Shown here: positions 47,933 to 58,431 of the stretch, one piece after another | How positions within the stretch are numbered: the stretch's first letter is position 1 | Layout of the letters: every line of letters begins with the position of its first letter | Made by a program: the position numbers and the translations under genes | Assembly: GCA_041687355.1 (NCBI GenBank) | Contig: JAWLCD010000011.1 | Span: forward strand, 2,217 to 66,216 | Length of the DNA: 64,000 bases | Source of the DNA: Clostridia bacterium | Lineage (GTDB): Bacteria; Bacillota; Clostridia; Acetivibrionales; UBA4821 | Reading direction: 5' to 3' | The notes under the pieces: model-generated | The model's input: the letters and a program-made list of their open reading frames with translations, nothing else | Told to the model about the DNA's origin: nothing | Database searches by the model: none

Positions 47933-47991
47933 TGAGACAGGGGACGGTTCTCTGACTCACGAAATGAGTCAGAGAACCGTCCCCTGTCTCA
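47933..47991. repeat. Perfect 27-bp palindrome carrying GACAGGGGACGGTTCTCTG on both arms, probably also the lysA terminator
   Basis: TGAGACAGGGGACGGTTCTCTGACTCA-CGAAA-TGAGTCAGAGAACCGTCCCCTGTCTCA. It shares its 19-mer with 17562-17580. Confidence 0.8.
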
Positions 47992-48011
47992 TTTAAGAAA
48001 TGGAGGGGAGT

Positions 48012-48872
48012 ATGAAGTCGAAGTCAATTAGCATAGAGGCTCCAGCCAAAATAAACCTTTTTCTAGATGTGCTGAGGAAAAGGTCTGACGGATATCATGA
48101 TCTAAAGATGGTTATGCAGACCGTAAGCCTGTATGACACTGTACACTTATTCAGAACCGGTGCCGGTATTGAGGTAACATGCCAGTGCCCAGGGGTTCCG
48201 GACGGAGAAGGGAATATAGCGTTTAAGGCAGCGAGATTGATGTTTGACCATTTCAGACTGACAGAGGGAATCAGAATCACAATTAAAAAAAGAATCCCTG
48301 CTGCCGCCGGGCTTGCAGGAGGAAGTGCCGATGCAGCAGCAGTTATGAAAGGTATAAACAGGCTTTTTGACCTTGAACTGGACGTCCGGACTCTTGCACA
48401 GATGGGTAAAGAAATCGGAGCTGATGTGCCTTTTTGTATAATGGGAGGTACATATACTTCTGAGGGAATAGGAGAGATTCTGACACCGCTGGAGTCCTTC
48501 CTGCAAGTGCCTGTTGTATTGGTGAAGCCGGATTTCAGTGTGTCCACTGCATATGTTTTCTCAAAGTACGGAAACAGCAATTGTACATACAGTAAAAATA
48601 TTATCAGGCTTCAAGATGCAGTTCAAAGACATGATATCAGAGAGGTTGGGTCAAGTCTCTTTAATGCATTGGAGCAGGTAACTGCCGAAGAATTCACGGA
48701 TATAGGGGAAATAAAAACCGTCCTTAATGAAAAGGGTGCTGCAGGAAGTCTGATGTCAGGAAGCGGACCGTCAGTATTCGGGCTGTTTGAGGACGAAGAA
48801 ACTGCACAAAGTGCTTTTGATATTTTAAAGAATATGTATAAGGATACCTACCTGCTGCAAACCTGCCGGTAG
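48012..48872 (+). CDS. ispE: 4-diphosphocytidyl-2-C-methyl-D-erythritol kinase
   Basis: APAKINLFLDV, the GHMP kinase loop IPAAAGLAGGSADAAA, and GSGPSVFG. RBS GGAGGGGAG. Confidence 0.92.
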   Translation: MKSKSISIEAPAKINLFLDVLRKRSDGYHDLKMVMQTVSLYDTVHLFRTGAGIEVTCQCPGVPDGEGNIAFKAARLMFDHFRLTEGIRITIKKRIPAAAGLAGGSADAAAVMKGINRLFDLELDVRTLAQMGKEIGADVPFCIMGGTYTSEGIGEILTPLESFLQVPVVLVKPDFSVSTAYVFSKYGNSNCTYSKNIIRLQDAVQRHDIREVGSSLFNALEQVTAEEFTDIGEIKTVLNEKGAAGSLMSGSGPSVFGLFEDEETAQSAFDILKNMYKDTYLLQTCR

Positions 48873-48893
48873 AAGAAGTGTAAAGTATTCTTT

Positions 48894-48949
48894 AAAGCGG
48901 TAATAAGTCTGGACTGGCAACCATGTCAGTCCAGACTTATTACCGCTTT
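48894..48949. repeat. Perfect 23-bp hairpin after ispE
   Basis: AAAGCGGTAATAAGTCTGGACTG / CAGTCCAGACTTATTACCGCTTT with a 10-nt loop. No U-tract follows. Confidence 0.6.
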
Positions 48950-48997
48950 CATATGCGGATAATACCCAGCATACAATATTTGTACGGGGGGATATAT

Positions 48998-50005
48998 ATG
49001 AATATTTCTGAAGCACAGCAGGCAGCAGAGCAGTTTGGAATAACAGGAAGATTATATTTAGTCAAGGATATGGCGAGAATAGAAACCATAGATGGAGTAA
49101 AGATTATCAGAAAAGTTAACTATGGTATTGAACGACTAATGTTTGTACACGAGGTCAAGGAGCATCTGGTCAGCAGAGGATTCCGCTTTGTAGACCGCTT
49201 TCATCGAGCTTGTGGGGGATGCCCCTATGCAGCGTTAAATAATGATATATATGTAATGAATGATTGCATAAACGGTAAGGAGTGCGATTTTGACAACATG
49301 ACACACATAAGGTGTGCAGTGGAAACCTTGGCGAGGTTTCACAGCTGTTCAACCGGATATACACCGTCGGATCGGGTAAAGGTAAGGAATGAGCTCGGAA
49401 AACTTCCGGCAGTATTAAAAAAACGGAGTGATGAACTGCTTAAATTAAAGAAAATTGCAAAGAAGGGAAAAAACAGATTTGACTATCTCTACATGAATAA
49501 CGTTGACTTCTTTATCGAGAGAAGCCTGAGTTCACTAAGAATTATAAATTCGCCTTCTTACAGTAGACTTGTTGAGATTGCTGAAAAGGACAGGGGAATA
49601 TGCCATAGGGATTATTCATATCATAATCTGATATTTGACAGAGAGGGGAACCTCCATATACATAATTTTGATTACTGCTGTTTTGAGATAAGGGTGTATG
49701 ATCTTGTTAGTTTCTTAAGAAAAATCATGAGTGAATGTAACTGGAATGTTGATGTTGCAATGAATGTTGTTAACTGGTATGATACAGTCAATAAACTGAG
49801 CAAGGATGAATTAAGGATTATTGCAGCCTTGATGGAGTATCCCCAGAGATTCTGGAGAATTGCGAACAGGTATTATAACAGCAGGAGAACCCGTCCGGAG
49901 ACAGGGTTCTACAATAAGCTTTCAGATGCTGTATCGGAGAAGGAGTTTTATAAAGAGTATATTAAGAAGTTTAAAGAGAACATTGCTCCGGAGATTTGTG
50001 AGTAA
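48998..50005 (+). CDS. CotS-family spore-coat protein / phosphotransferase-fold kinase
   Basis: The kinase-like catalytic loop CHRDYSYHNLIF and a later NFDYC are typical of the CotS/YtaA family. The start was set after GGGGGATATAT. Confidence 0.7.
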   Translation: MNISEAQQAAEQFGITGRLYLVKDMARIETIDGVKIIRKVNYGIERLMFVHEVKEHLVSRGFRFVDRFHRACGGCPYAALNNDIYVMNDCINGKECDFDNMTHIRCAVETLARFHSCSTGYTPSDRVKVRNELGKLPAVLKKRSDELLKLKKIAKKGKNRFDYLYMNNVDFFIERSLSSLRIINSPSYSRLVEIAEKDRGICHRDYSYHNLIFDREGNLHIHNFDYCCFEIRVYDLVSFLRKIMSECNWNVDVAMNVVNWYDTVNKLSKDELRIIAALMEYPQRFWRIANRYYNSRRTRPETGFYNKLSDAVSEKEFYKEYIKKFKENIAPEICE

Positions 50006-50061
50006 ACAAGACTACTGTGGTTCTATGGCTAACTTTCCGATTTATACTGGAGGGAAATAAT

Positions 50062-51165
50062 ATGGACAACCTGCTGAAAACACCTTTGTATGAACTGCAT
50101 AAGATGCAGGGAGCTAGAATAATAGATTTTGCAGGGTGGGCCCTGCCGGTTCAGTTCTCGGGTATTATTGAAGAACATCTGATGGTTAGGACCGGAGCAG
50201 GGCTATTTGATGTTTCCCACATGGGGGAAATAGTAGTAACGGGGAAAGGGGCAGTGAGACTTCTTGATTATCTCCTGGCAAATGAAATTTCTTCGCTGGA
50301 GAATGGAATTATCAGATACTCTCATATTTGCAACCCCAATGGGGGTGTGGTAGATGATATTCTGGTATACAGGCTTGGTATTGAAGAATTCCTACTGGTG
50401 GTTAATGCCTCGAATATTGGAAAAGACCTTAGCTGGATAAAGTCTTATGCATACGGAGACGTGGAAGTTGAAGATGTGTCCGGAACAACTGCACAGCTGG
50501 CTGTACAGGGACCATTTGCAGAGGGGGTTATACAAAAGCTTATTTCGGATAAGATAGCCGGTATGAAGTACTATTCCTTCCAGCGTGATGTTCATATTGG
50601 TAGGCATAGGTGTATCCTTTCCAGGACAGGCTATACCGGTGAAGACGGTTTTGAAATATACTGTTCCCAGGATGAGGCATCTGATTTGTGGAATTTGCTG
50701 ATGGACGCCGGAGAAGAGTATAATCTAAGACCTGCTGGATTGGGTGCAAGAGATACCTTGAGGTTTGAAGCATGCCTGCCTCTTTACGGGCACGAGCTGT
50801 CTGAAGATATTACGCCGCTGGAAGCGGGGCTTGGGCGTTTTGTGAAAATGGACAAAAGAGATTTTATTGGAAGGGCTGCTCTAAAAAAGCAGGCCGAGGA
50901 AGGTTTGAAGCGGAGGTTGGCCGGTCTTGAAATGATGGATAGGGGAATACCGAGAACCGAATATGGTGTATTCCATAAAGGGAGTCCAGTGGGATTTGTA
51001 ACAACAGGTTCATACTGTCCTGCACTTCAGAAGAATCTTGCACTGGCCATAATTGATATAAACAGCTCCGAAATTGGACAAGTGGTTGAGGTGGACATAC
51101 GAGGCAGAAAGCTAGAAGCAAAGGTAGTTGATACCCCGTTTTACAGGAGGAGTGTCAAAACCTGA
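50062..51165 (+). CDS. gcvT: Glycine cleavage system aminomethyltransferase (T protein)
   Basis: TPLYELH, LFDVSHMGE, SRTGYTGEDGFEI and ARDTLRFEA. RBS GGAGGGAAATAAT. Confidence 0.95.
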   Translation: MDNLLKTPLYELHKMQGARIIDFAGWALPVQFSGIIEEHLMVRTGAGLFDVSHMGEIVVTGKGAVRLLDYLLANEISSLENGIIRYSHICNPNGGVVDDILVYRLGIEEFLLVVNASNIGKDLSWIKSYAYGDVEVEDVSGTTAQLAVQGPFAEGVIQKLISDKIAGMKYYSFQRDVHIGRHRCILSRTGYTGEDGFEIYCSQDEASDLWNLLMDAGEEYNLRPAGLGARDTLRFEACLPLYGHELSEDITPLEAGLGRFVKMDKRDFIGRAALKKQAEEGLKRRLAGLEMMDRGIPRTEYGVFHKGSPVGFVTTGSYCPALQKNLALAIIDINSSEIGQVVEVDIRGRKLEAKVVDTPFYRRSVKT

Positions 51166-51190
51166 AATAGATATGGGAGGGGAAAGTGTT

Positions 51191-51577
51191 ATGAACATTC
51201 CAGCAGAACTGAGGTATACACAGAAGCATGAATGGGTAAGGATAGAAGGCAGCAAGGCATATATAGGCATAACCGATTTTGCACAGCATTCTTTAGGTGA
51301 TATTGTCTTTGTGGAGCTGCCTGAGGAAGGCATGATTCTAAAAGCCGGGGATTCACTTGGGGTGGTTGAATCAGTAAAAGCGGTGTCGGATGTATACTGC
51401 CCACTCAGTGGAACGGTTGGTGAGGTAAACCGGGCGCTGATTGATTATCCTGAAAAAATAAATCAAGCTCCGTATGAAAACTGGATGGCAGTAATTGAAG
51501 TTACTGACCCGGGTGAGGTTGATAAGCTCCTTACTCCGGAGCAGTATGAAGAAACGGTAAAGAATGAATCTCAGTAA
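51191..51577 (+). CDS. gcvH: Glycine cleavage system H protein
   Basis: YTQKHEWVR...ITDFAQHSLGDIVFVELP and the lipoyl-lysine context VESVKAVSDV. Confidence 0.93.
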   Translation: MNIPAELRYTQKHEWVRIEGSKAYIGITDFAQHSLGDIVFVELPEEGMILKAGDSLGVVESVKAVSDVYCPLSGTVGEVNRALIDYPEKINQAPYENWMAVIEVTDPGEVDKLLTPEQYEETVKNESQ

Positions 51578-51614
51578 ATAGATAGACTAAATCGAAGAAT
51601 AAAAGGAGGCTGAC

Positions 51615-52955
51615 ATGCACCCTTATATTCCTATTACTGAAGTGGATAGAGAGGAAATGCTGGCTTCAATAGGAGCCGGGTCCATAGAGGAATTATTTGA
51701 GGATATTCCTGAAGTTATAAGACTGGGTAGAAAGCTTGAGCTCCCGGATAGAAAGCCCGAGATGGAGTTAAGAAACTATTTCAGGGAGTTAAGCATGAAG
51801 AACGGGTCAGACTATCTGTGTTTCAGGGGTGCAGGCGCATACCGGCATTATATACCCTCAATAATTGGGCATATTGTGTCAAGGTCGGAATTCTATACGG
51901 CATATACTCCCTACCAGCCCGAAGTAAGCCAGGGTATTTTGCAGGCCATATTTGAATATCAGACCATGATATGCGAGCTAACGGGCATGGATGTATCGAA
52001 TGCCTCGGTATATGACGGAGCGACTGCTGCAGCTGAGGCAGTTTTTATGGCTGCTGACATAACCGGTCGCAGCAAGGTTCTTCTTCCTTTATCGGTAAGC
52101 CCTGATGTTAGAAGGGTCATAAGTACTTATTGTAAGGCTTCGGGCATTGAAGTTGTTGAAGCGGCCTATTCCCAAGGGTTAACTGACATAAATGACCTTA
52201 AATCAAAACTCGATTCCGAAACGGCAGCAGTGGTAGTTCAGAGTCCAAATTTCTTCGGATGCATCGAACCATGCCGGGAGCTCTTTGAGTCTGTCCACGC
52301 GTCTGGTGCGGCTGCCGTTATGCATGCAGATCCAATATCACTTGGAATGCTTGAATCTCCAGCCGAACTGGGGGCAGATATTGCAGTCGGGGATGGACAA
52401 CCTTTAGGAAACCCTCTGAACTTCGGAGGGCCATACCTAGGATTCATGGCTGTAAGAGAAAAGCATATGAGGAGACTCCCGGGCAGAATTGTGGGAGAGA
52501 CTGTGGACAGGCACGCAAACAGAGGTTTTGTGCTGACTCTTCAGGCAAGAGAGCAGCATATCAGGCGTGAAAAAGCATCGTCAAATATCTGCACCAATCA
52601 GGCACTTAATGCCCTTACCGCTGCTGTGTATCTAAGCATTATGGGTAGCAAAGGACTGAAAAAGGTTGCAGAGCTCTGTATGCAAAAATCCTACTATGCC
52701 GCGCAAGTGATTGCCGGCATAAGTAAATACAGTCTTGCTTTTGGTAGTCCTTTCTTCAGAGAGTTTGTGGTGAAATCGAGTTCAAAAGCTGGAGACATAA
52801 ACTTAAAGCTGATGGAGCAAAACATTATTGGAGGATATGAGTTGGAGAATGACTATCCTGAACTGAAGAACCATATGCTTTTTTGCGTAACCGAGATAAT
52901 ATCAAAGAAGGATATAGATAATCTGGTAAACATACTTGGCCGGAGAGGGAGGTGA
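51615..52955 (+). CDS. gcvPA: Glycine dehydrogenase (decarboxylating) subunit 1
   Basis: 446 aa with [25 protein letters not shown] and [20 protein letters not shown]. Confidence 0.95.
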   Translation: MHPYIPITEVDREEMLASIGAGSIEELFEDIPEVIRLGRKLELPDRKPEMELRNYFRELSMKNGSDYLCFRGAGAYRHYIPSIIGHIVSRSEFYTAYTPYQPEVSQGILQAIFEYQTMICELTGMDVSNASVYDGATAAAEAVFMAADITGRSKVLLPLSVSPDVRRVISTYCKASGIEVVEAAYSQGLTDINDLKSKLDSETAAVVVQSPNFFGCIEPCRELFESVHASGAAAVMHADPISLGMLESPAELGADIAVGDGQPLGNPLNFGGPYLGFMAVREKHMRRLPGRIVGETVDRHANRGFVLTLQAREQHIRREKASSNICTNQALNALTAAVYLSIMGSKGLKKVAELCMQKSYYAAQVIAGISKYSLAFGSPFFREFVVKSSSKAGDINLKLMEQNIIGGYELENDYPELKNHMLFCVTEIISKKDIDNLVNILGRRGR

Positions 52956-52965
52956 GGTTATCCGT

Positions 52966-54414
52966 ATGGAGAGAATTGAATTGATATTTGATAGAAGCAG
53001 AGAGGGAAAACAAGGAGTTGTACTACCTGGCAGCGATGTTCCTGAACAAGCTCTGAGGATACCTGATGAATATATGCGCCGGGAAGAGCCGCTTCTACCT
53101 GAGGTGAGTGAAACTGATGTAGTCAGGCATTTTACCGCTCTGTCAAGAAAGAACCATGGAGTGGATACGGGTTTTTATCCACTCGGTTCATGTACAATGA
53201 AATACAACCCCAAAATCAATGAGGATATTGCCCAGCTCGACGGCTTTACCGGACTACATCCATGCAGCCCGGAAGAGTTATCACAGGGAAGCCTGGAAGT
53301 ATTATACAACATGGACAAGTTTCTGGTTGAGATAACCGGTATGGATAGGATGTCTCTCCAGCCTGCTGCTGGAGCACATGGAGAATTAACCGGCGCAATG
53401 ATAATCAAAGCGTACCATGAGTCTAGAGGGGATTATAAGAGAGATAAAATAATCATACCTGATTCTGCTCACGGTACAAATCCTGCAACGGCTTCCATGC
53501 TGGGATATAAGGTGATAGAGGTCAGATCAGATTCCCGGGGAGGTATAGATTTGCAGCACCTCAAGGAAATTGCAGGCCAGGATACGGCTGGGCTTATGCT
53601 TACCAATCCAAATACCCTGGGGCTGTTTGATGAAAATATTATTGAGATATGTAGAATAGTTCATGATGCCGGAGGCCTTCTTTACTATGACGGGGCAAAT
53701 CTTAACGCTGTAATGGGTATATCTAGACCTGGAGATATGGGGTTTGATATAGTTCATCTTAATCTTCATAAGACATTCTCAACCCCTCATGGGGGAGGGG
53801 GCCCCGGAAGTGGTCCTGTAGGCGTGAAGAAAAAGCTGGAACCCTTTTTGCCGGTTCCGCTTATTGAAAAAAGAAACAGCAGATATTTCTTCGACTATGA
53901 CAGGCCTCAATCCATTGGGAAGGTAAAGATGTTCTACGGGAACTTTCAGGTAATCCTTAAAGCATATGCCTATATACTTGCAATGGGAGCCGAGGGACTA
54001 AAGAAGGCAAGCGAGACGGCAGTGCTTAATGCCAACTATATTATGAGAAAGCTGGAGGATAAATATAACCTTCCGTATAACAGAAACTGTAAGCATGAAT
54101 TTGTGCTTTCAGGACTGAAGGATAAAAAAGATGGTATAACAACCATGGATGTTGCAAAAAGGCTGCTGGATTGGGGAATTCACCCTCCAACAGTTTATTT
54201 TCCTCTGATTGTAAAGGATGCACTGATGATTGAACCTACTGAAACTGAGAGCAAGGAAACCCTGGATAGGTTTGTTGAAATTATGAAGGGGATAGCAAAA
54301 GAAGCAGTTGAGAGTGATCAACTACTTAGAGAAGCGCCCCATATTACTCCTGTAAGAAGATTAGACGAGGTACAGGCAGCCCGAAAACCGATACTCAGAT
54401 GGAAAGCCGATTGA
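52966..54414 (+). CDS. gcvPB: Glycine dehydrogenase (decarboxylating) subunit 2
   Basis: [22 protein letters not shown] and [18 protein letters not shown] (PLP lysine). Start taken at MERIELIF. Confidence 0.95.
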   Translation: MERIELIFDRSREGKQGVVLPGSDVPEQALRIPDEYMRREEPLLPEVSETDVVRHFTALSRKNHGVDTGFYPLGSCTMKYNPKINEDIAQLDGFTGLHPCSPEELSQGSLEVLYNMDKFLVEITGMDRMSLQPAAGAHGELTGAMIIKAYHESRGDYKRDKIIIPDSAHGTNPATASMLGYKVIEVRSDSRGGIDLQHLKEIAGQDTAGLMLTNPNTLGLFDENIIEICRIVHDAGGLLYYDGANLNAVMGISRPGDMGFDIVHLNLHKTFSTPHGGGGPGSGPVGVKKKLEPFLPVPLIEKRNSRYFFDYDRPQSIGKVKMFYGNFQVILKAYAYILAMGAEGLKKASETAVLNANYIMRKLEDKYNLPYNRNCKHEFVLSGLKDKKDGITTMDVAKRLLDWGIHPPTVYFPLIVKDALMIEPTETESKETLDRFVEIMKGIAKEAVESDQLLREAPHITPVRRLDEVQAARKPILRWKAD

Positions 54415-54417
54415 CGC

Positions 54418-54456
54418 AAGGACTCCTGCCTCAGGTAGACAGGAGTCCTTTTTTTA
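54418..54456. terminator. Bidirectional intrinsic terminator between gcvPB and the convergent MCP gene
   Basis: AAGGACTCCTG ... CAGGAGTCCTT followed by TTTTTT. Confidence 0.85.
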
Positions 54457-56241
54457 TTCAACCTTAAATTTCTTGACCAATTCAGTCAGCTCGGATGCCA
54501 GGAAAGCAAGTTCCTGGGCAGTTGCAGACATTTCCTGTATGGATGCGGTTTGTTCCTCTGTTCCAGCTGATATTTCCTGTATGGATGCGGAAGACTGCTG
54601 AGAAATTGCAGCAACATTTTGTACTGCGTTAACTACCTGCTCAGCGTGTGACAGCTGGGTCTGTGCCGACTGTGAAATCTGGGTTGTAGTTTGAGAAGTT
54701 TCTTTGATAGCAGAATTAATATCTTCAAAGGTCCTATACAGGTTATTTATGATTTCCTTACCTTCCAAAACTTCTTTGGAGCCAACTTCGATAGATTTGA
54801 CCGAACGTATAGTCTCGTCCTGAATTCCCCTGATAAGCACTTCGATTTCTTTTGCAGCCCTGGTACTTTCTTCTGCCAGCTTACGAACTTCTTCAGCTAC
54901 TATGGCAAACCCTTTTCCCGATTCCCCTGCCCTTGCTGCCTCAATCGCAGCATTCAAAGCGAGAAGATTGGTCTGGTCTGCGATGGTTGTAATGGTGGAA
55001 ATAATATCTCCAACATGCTGTGATTTCTTACCCAGTGCACGTATTACCTCGGTCGTGTCGGTGATAGTGCTGGTTATATTGTTCATCTTCTCAACCGCTG
55101 CTACGGCAGCAGCAGCACCTACCTGGGAGCGGTCTATAGCCTGGTTGGATGCATTCACAGCAGATTGGGCATTCAAATATACCTGGTTGGCCAGAGCAGC
55201 AACCTGTTCTATCAATTTAGAAGTTTCATCAATACGTTCTGTCTGGGATGCAGCACCTGAAGAGACTTCCTGTATGGATGATGCTATTTCCTGGGATGAT
55301 ACATTAACTTGCTGGGCACTGGCAGACAGAATCTGTGAGAACGAAGATACCTTGTGAGATGAAGTGGCTATTCCTTTTATAATGTCCCTCAGGCTAACAA
55401 TTATATGATTCATGCTGTCAATTAGTTTTCTTATATCACTAGCAGTTTTCTGACGTATATTTATGGTCCTGCTCAAATCTCCTGTCGCTACACCACTTGA
55501 TACATTTACAAGGTCAGGAATAGGGTGAGTAATTGAATTGCCTATATACAGAGCTGCAATCAGGTTAAGGATTGACAGTATTATGGTTGCTGTGATTACC
55601 GCAAGAATTACTATGTGTGTAATTTGCTTTTCCATTCCCTTGGCGTTTGCTGCAAATTCATTATCTACATCATGTGAAGCATTAATCAGTATGCTTATTT
55701 CCTTATCAATTTCTTCAGATAGCTCGGAATCTACGTTGTTTTTTTCAAACGCAACAAGTTTTTCGAAGAGCTCTGCCTTTTTAAGATTGCGGTCCAATGC
55801 AACCTTAGAATGGTCAGCGAGAGCTTTGACAGAGTCTCCTTTTGCCAGTTTAAAGAAATCTATGGTAAACTGTACATTTCTGGCATCATCAATGTTGAAG
55901 CCAAATTTACTCAGGTTTAAATCAACCAGACTTTCGAGGCTGCTGTAGGACTTATTGGAGAACTTCTCAAATAGAGTTCCTAAAATAGTCAGTGAATCAA
56001 TGCACTCGTTGAACCGTTTAAAATCTTCCACATCCTCGGAGGAGACATAACTCTTATAATAGATATCACACATACTCTCAAATTCATTGAAGGTTGACTC
56101 AGCCTTCATCAATGTTGATGTTCCTAAGATAATCTTTTCACCAAACCAGACTAGGGATACTATCATGATTAGTTCAATCACAAAAAGGCATAAAATCAAG
56201 ATTAGTTTACCCTTGATGGTTGATGCAGTAGGTCTTAGCAT
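54454..56241 (-). CDS. Methyl-accepting chemotaxis protein
   Basis: Two TM segments flank a helical sensor region, followed by HAMP. The highly conserved signalling hairpin is [38 protein letters not shown]. Confidence 0.9.
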   Translation of the reverse strand: MLRPTASTIKGKLILILCLFVIELIMIVSLVWFGEKIILGTSTLMKAESTFNEFESMCDIYYKSYVSSEDVEDFKRFNECIDSLTILGTLFEKFSNKSYSSLESLVDLNLSKFGFNIDDARNVQFTIDFFKLAKGDSVKALADHSKVALDRNLKKAELFEKLVAFEKNNVDSELSEEIDKEISILINASHDVDNEFAANAKGMEKQITHIVILAVITATIILSILNLIAALYIGNSITHPIPDLVNVSSGVATGDLSRTINIRQKTASDIRKLIDSMNHIIVSLRDIIKGIATSSHKVSSFSQILSASAQQVNVSSQEIASSIQEVSSGAASQTERIDETSKLIEQVAALANQVYLNAQSAVNASNQAIDRSQVGAAAAVAAVEKMNNITSTITDTTEVIRALGKKSQHVGDIISTITTIADQTNLLALNAAIEAARAGESGKGFAIVAEEVRKLAEESTRAAKEIEVLIRGIQDETIRSVKSIEVGSKEVLEGKEIINNLYRTFEDINSAIKETSQTTTQISQSAQTQLSHAEQVVNAVQNVAAISQQSSASIQEISAGTEEQTASIQEMSATAQELAFLASELTELVKKFKVE

Positions 56242-56410
56242 GGAAGTTTCTCCCCCTTGTTAAATACTTTTGTTTTTCTATTTACTTCGACATTAATTCA
56301 GAAAGTCCTTTAATGGTTAAGATCGGAAGTATTAACTGTTAACTTTATAGAAAAATACCAGCTAAAAGCAAGCTGGTCCAAGATAATATTCTAAAAGGGG
56401 GTGAAAGCTT

Positions 56411-56614
56411 TCATACTACTTCATATCCGGCTGTCCTTATCACTTTTTTTATGGTATCGCCATCGGTTTTTTCATCATCAAACGTGATTTTTACGTTACG
56501 GGTTTTAAAATCAAATTCTATGTCGCTGGCACCTGCATTTTTAACGCGGTTTTCAATTTTTTCTGCACAGGATTCACAGTTCATGCCTGGCAGGTTGAAC
56601 TCAACGGCTTTCAT
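56411..56614 (-). CDS. Heavy-metal-associated (CopZ-like) metallochaperone
   Basis: 67 aa with the GMNCESC (MxCxxC) motif. GGAGGTAAT RBS. A hairpin plus T-run lies downstream (about 56360-56385). Confidence 0.85.
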   Translation of the reverse strand: MKAVEFNLPGMNCESCAEKIENRVKNAGASDIEFDFKTRNVKITFDDEKTDGDTIKKVIRTAGYEVV

Positions 56615-56845
56615 AATATTACCTCCAGAACAATTATTATTTTTAAGTCTTACTGCTGAAATACAGCATGTATTATAAGTTATCCAAAATATTGACCTCT
56701 ATTCATATGCTGCAGACGTAGAGGAGGTGTAGAAATAAAAAAGTTGAAAATACCTTTTATTTCACATAGAATTATTCATGACGGTTTAGATTTATTAAAT
56801 GCGAAAAAGCTGAATGACCTACAATAAAGAGGAGTTGAAGCGGTT

Positions 56846-57226
56846 TTGGAATTAACCTGTGGTGTTGATATAATTGAGATAAAACGGGTTAGGAAAGCAG
56901 TTGAGGGTAACAGGGAAAGATTTCTGGGCAAGGTTTTTACACGGGATGAAATTGATTACTGCGAGCAGAGGGCAGCGGCAAAGTACCAGCACTATGCTGC
57001 AAGGTTTGCTGCCAAGGAAGCTGTTGCAAAAGCTCTGGGACTTGGTTTTACAAATGGAATCTGGTGGACCGACATTGAAGTTATAAAAGATCCTAACGGA
57101 AAGCCATCAATCAAGCTTTATGGGCAGGCTGAAGCTACAGCCCAGGTTCTTGGAATCAAGTCTTTAAATATAAGCCTCTCCCACTGCAAAGAATATGCAG
57201 TTGCAAATGCGGTATGCATATTTTAA
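56846..57226 (+). CDS. acpS: Holo-[acyl-carrier-protein] synthase
   Basis: GVDIIEIKRV, FTRDEIDYC, RFAAKEAVAKALG and ISLSH. TTG start after GGAGTTGAAGCGG. Confidence 0.9.
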   Translation: MELTCGVDIIEIKRVRKAVEGNRERFLGKVFTRDEIDYCEQRAAAKYQHYAARFAAKEAVAKALGLGFTNGIWWTDIEVIKDPNGKPSIKLYGQAEATAQVLGIKSLNISLSHCKEYAVANAVCIF

Positions 57227-57287
57227 TTACTCTGGACTTTTTATGCAGTTCGATAGTAAAATATAGAAAAATTGAGAGGGTGTTGGT

Positions 57288-58166
57288 ATGGGTGAAAGAT
57301 TAATTTACATTGATGGACAATATTATCCGAAGTCTGAGGCAAAGGTTTCGGTTTTTGACCATGGGTTCCTCTATGGTGATGGGGTTTTTGAAGGAATAAG
57401 AGCATACAACGGACGTATTTTCAAGTGTAAGGAACATATTGACAGGCTTTATATGGGTGCTAAAACTATTGGACTGAGTATCCCGCTCAATAAGACCGAG
57501 ATGACTGAGGCACTGCTTGATATATGCAGGAAGAATGAAATAAGGGATGGGTATATCAGACTGGTGGTTTCCAGAGGCATGGGAGATCTCGGACTGAGCC
57601 CGACCAAATGTCCCAGGCCCAGCGTGGTTATTATTGCCGATTCCATAGTCCTTTACCCGGAAGAAATGTATTCAGAAGGGATGAAGGTTATTACAGCTTC
57701 AACAAGAAGAAATAATCCGTCAGCACTTGACCCTCAGATAAAATCACTGAACTACCTGAACAATATCCTTGCTAAAATTGAGGCTGACAGGGCGGGAGTT
57801 CCCGAAGCCATTATGCTGAATACTGCAGGAGTGGTATGTGAGTGTACAGGGGACAATATCTTCCTGGTTAAGGATGGAGTCCTGATTACCCCTCCACCTT
57901 ATGTGGGAGCCCTTGACGGAATAACCAGAGCAGTTGTCATTGAGCTTGCCGGTAAGCTGGGATATAAGGTGGAGGAAAAAGAGTTTACCTTATACAATGT
58001 TTATAATGCTGATGAATGTTTCTTTACTGGTACTGCTGCAGAAGTTATCGGAGTTACCGAAGTAGATGGCAGGGTAATTGGCTCAGGCATGGCCGGGGAG
58101 ATTACCATGAAATTTATGAATGCTTTTAAAGAGTATACCCAAAGCCAGGGAGAGCCAATTTATTGA
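57288..58166 (+). CDS. ilvE: Branched-chain amino acid aminotransferase (fold-type IV)
   Basis: VFDHGFLYGDGVFEGIRAY, KSLNYLNNILAK, EAIMLN and FFTGTAAEV. Confidence 0.88.
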   Translation: MGERLIYIDGQYYPKSEAKVSVFDHGFLYGDGVFEGIRAYNGRIFKCKEHIDRLYMGAKTIGLSIPLNKTEMTEALLDICRKNEIRDGYIRLVVSRGMGDLGLSPTKCPRPSVVIIADSIVLYPEEMYSEGMKVITASTRRNNPSALDPQIKSLNYLNNILAKIEADRAGVPEAIMLNTAGVVCECTGDNIFLVKDGVLITPPPYVGALDGITRAVVIELAGKLGYKVEEKEFTLYNVYNADECFFTGTAAEVIGVTEVDGRVIGSGMAGEITMKFMNAFKEYTQSQGEPIY

Positions 58167-58213
58167 TGCTTTCATTATTATTGACTAACTGCCTATTAAT
58201 GGTAATATATTTA

Positions 58214-58400
58214 TAAACAGGATTCTTGGATTCAGGAGGAGTTTTATTCTCCATCTGAATGTTAGAATCCGTTATCCAGGGACGTAGCGCCGCTTAGACT
58301 ACTAGTCGCTTGATTTCAAAGAAATCTTAGCGATAGTGTCCATCTTTGATGCTCCCACTTGAAGAAGGGGAGAGTCTTAGCGGCGGTAGTCATCGGATAA
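58214..58400 (+). repeat. Copy B of the structured element of about 185 nt, forming the 5' leader of the sensor-kinase gene
   Basis: It is the reverse complement of 24781-24962. It is preceded by a TTGACT-16-TAATAT promoter-like site (58181-58208) and followed 31 nt later by the kinase start. Helices: GGATTCT/AGAATCC enclosing GATTCAGGAGGAG/CTCCATCTGAAT; TTATCC/GGATAA; and CGCCGCTTAGACT/AGTCTTAGCGGCG (12 of 13 pairs). Confidence 0.75.
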
Positions 58401-58431
58401 ATAAATAATAATCCAGGGGGTAACAGAACCA

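Noticed and set aside
50006-50061. Expected glycine riboswitch upstream of gcvT
   Set aside because: Only 56 nt separate the preceding gene from the gcvT start. That is far too short for a glycine aptamer, and no conserved glycine-riboswitch blocks are seen.
24781-58400. The two inverted copies of the 185-nt element as ends of a 33.6-kb composite transposon or invertible segment
   Set aside because: The interior is ordinary core metabolism (ileS, cysS, lysA, gcv, nifSU, comEC). It contains no transposase or recombinase and shows no boundary signals. Homologous recombination between the copies could in principle invert the segment, but nothing in the sequence indicates a mobile unit.
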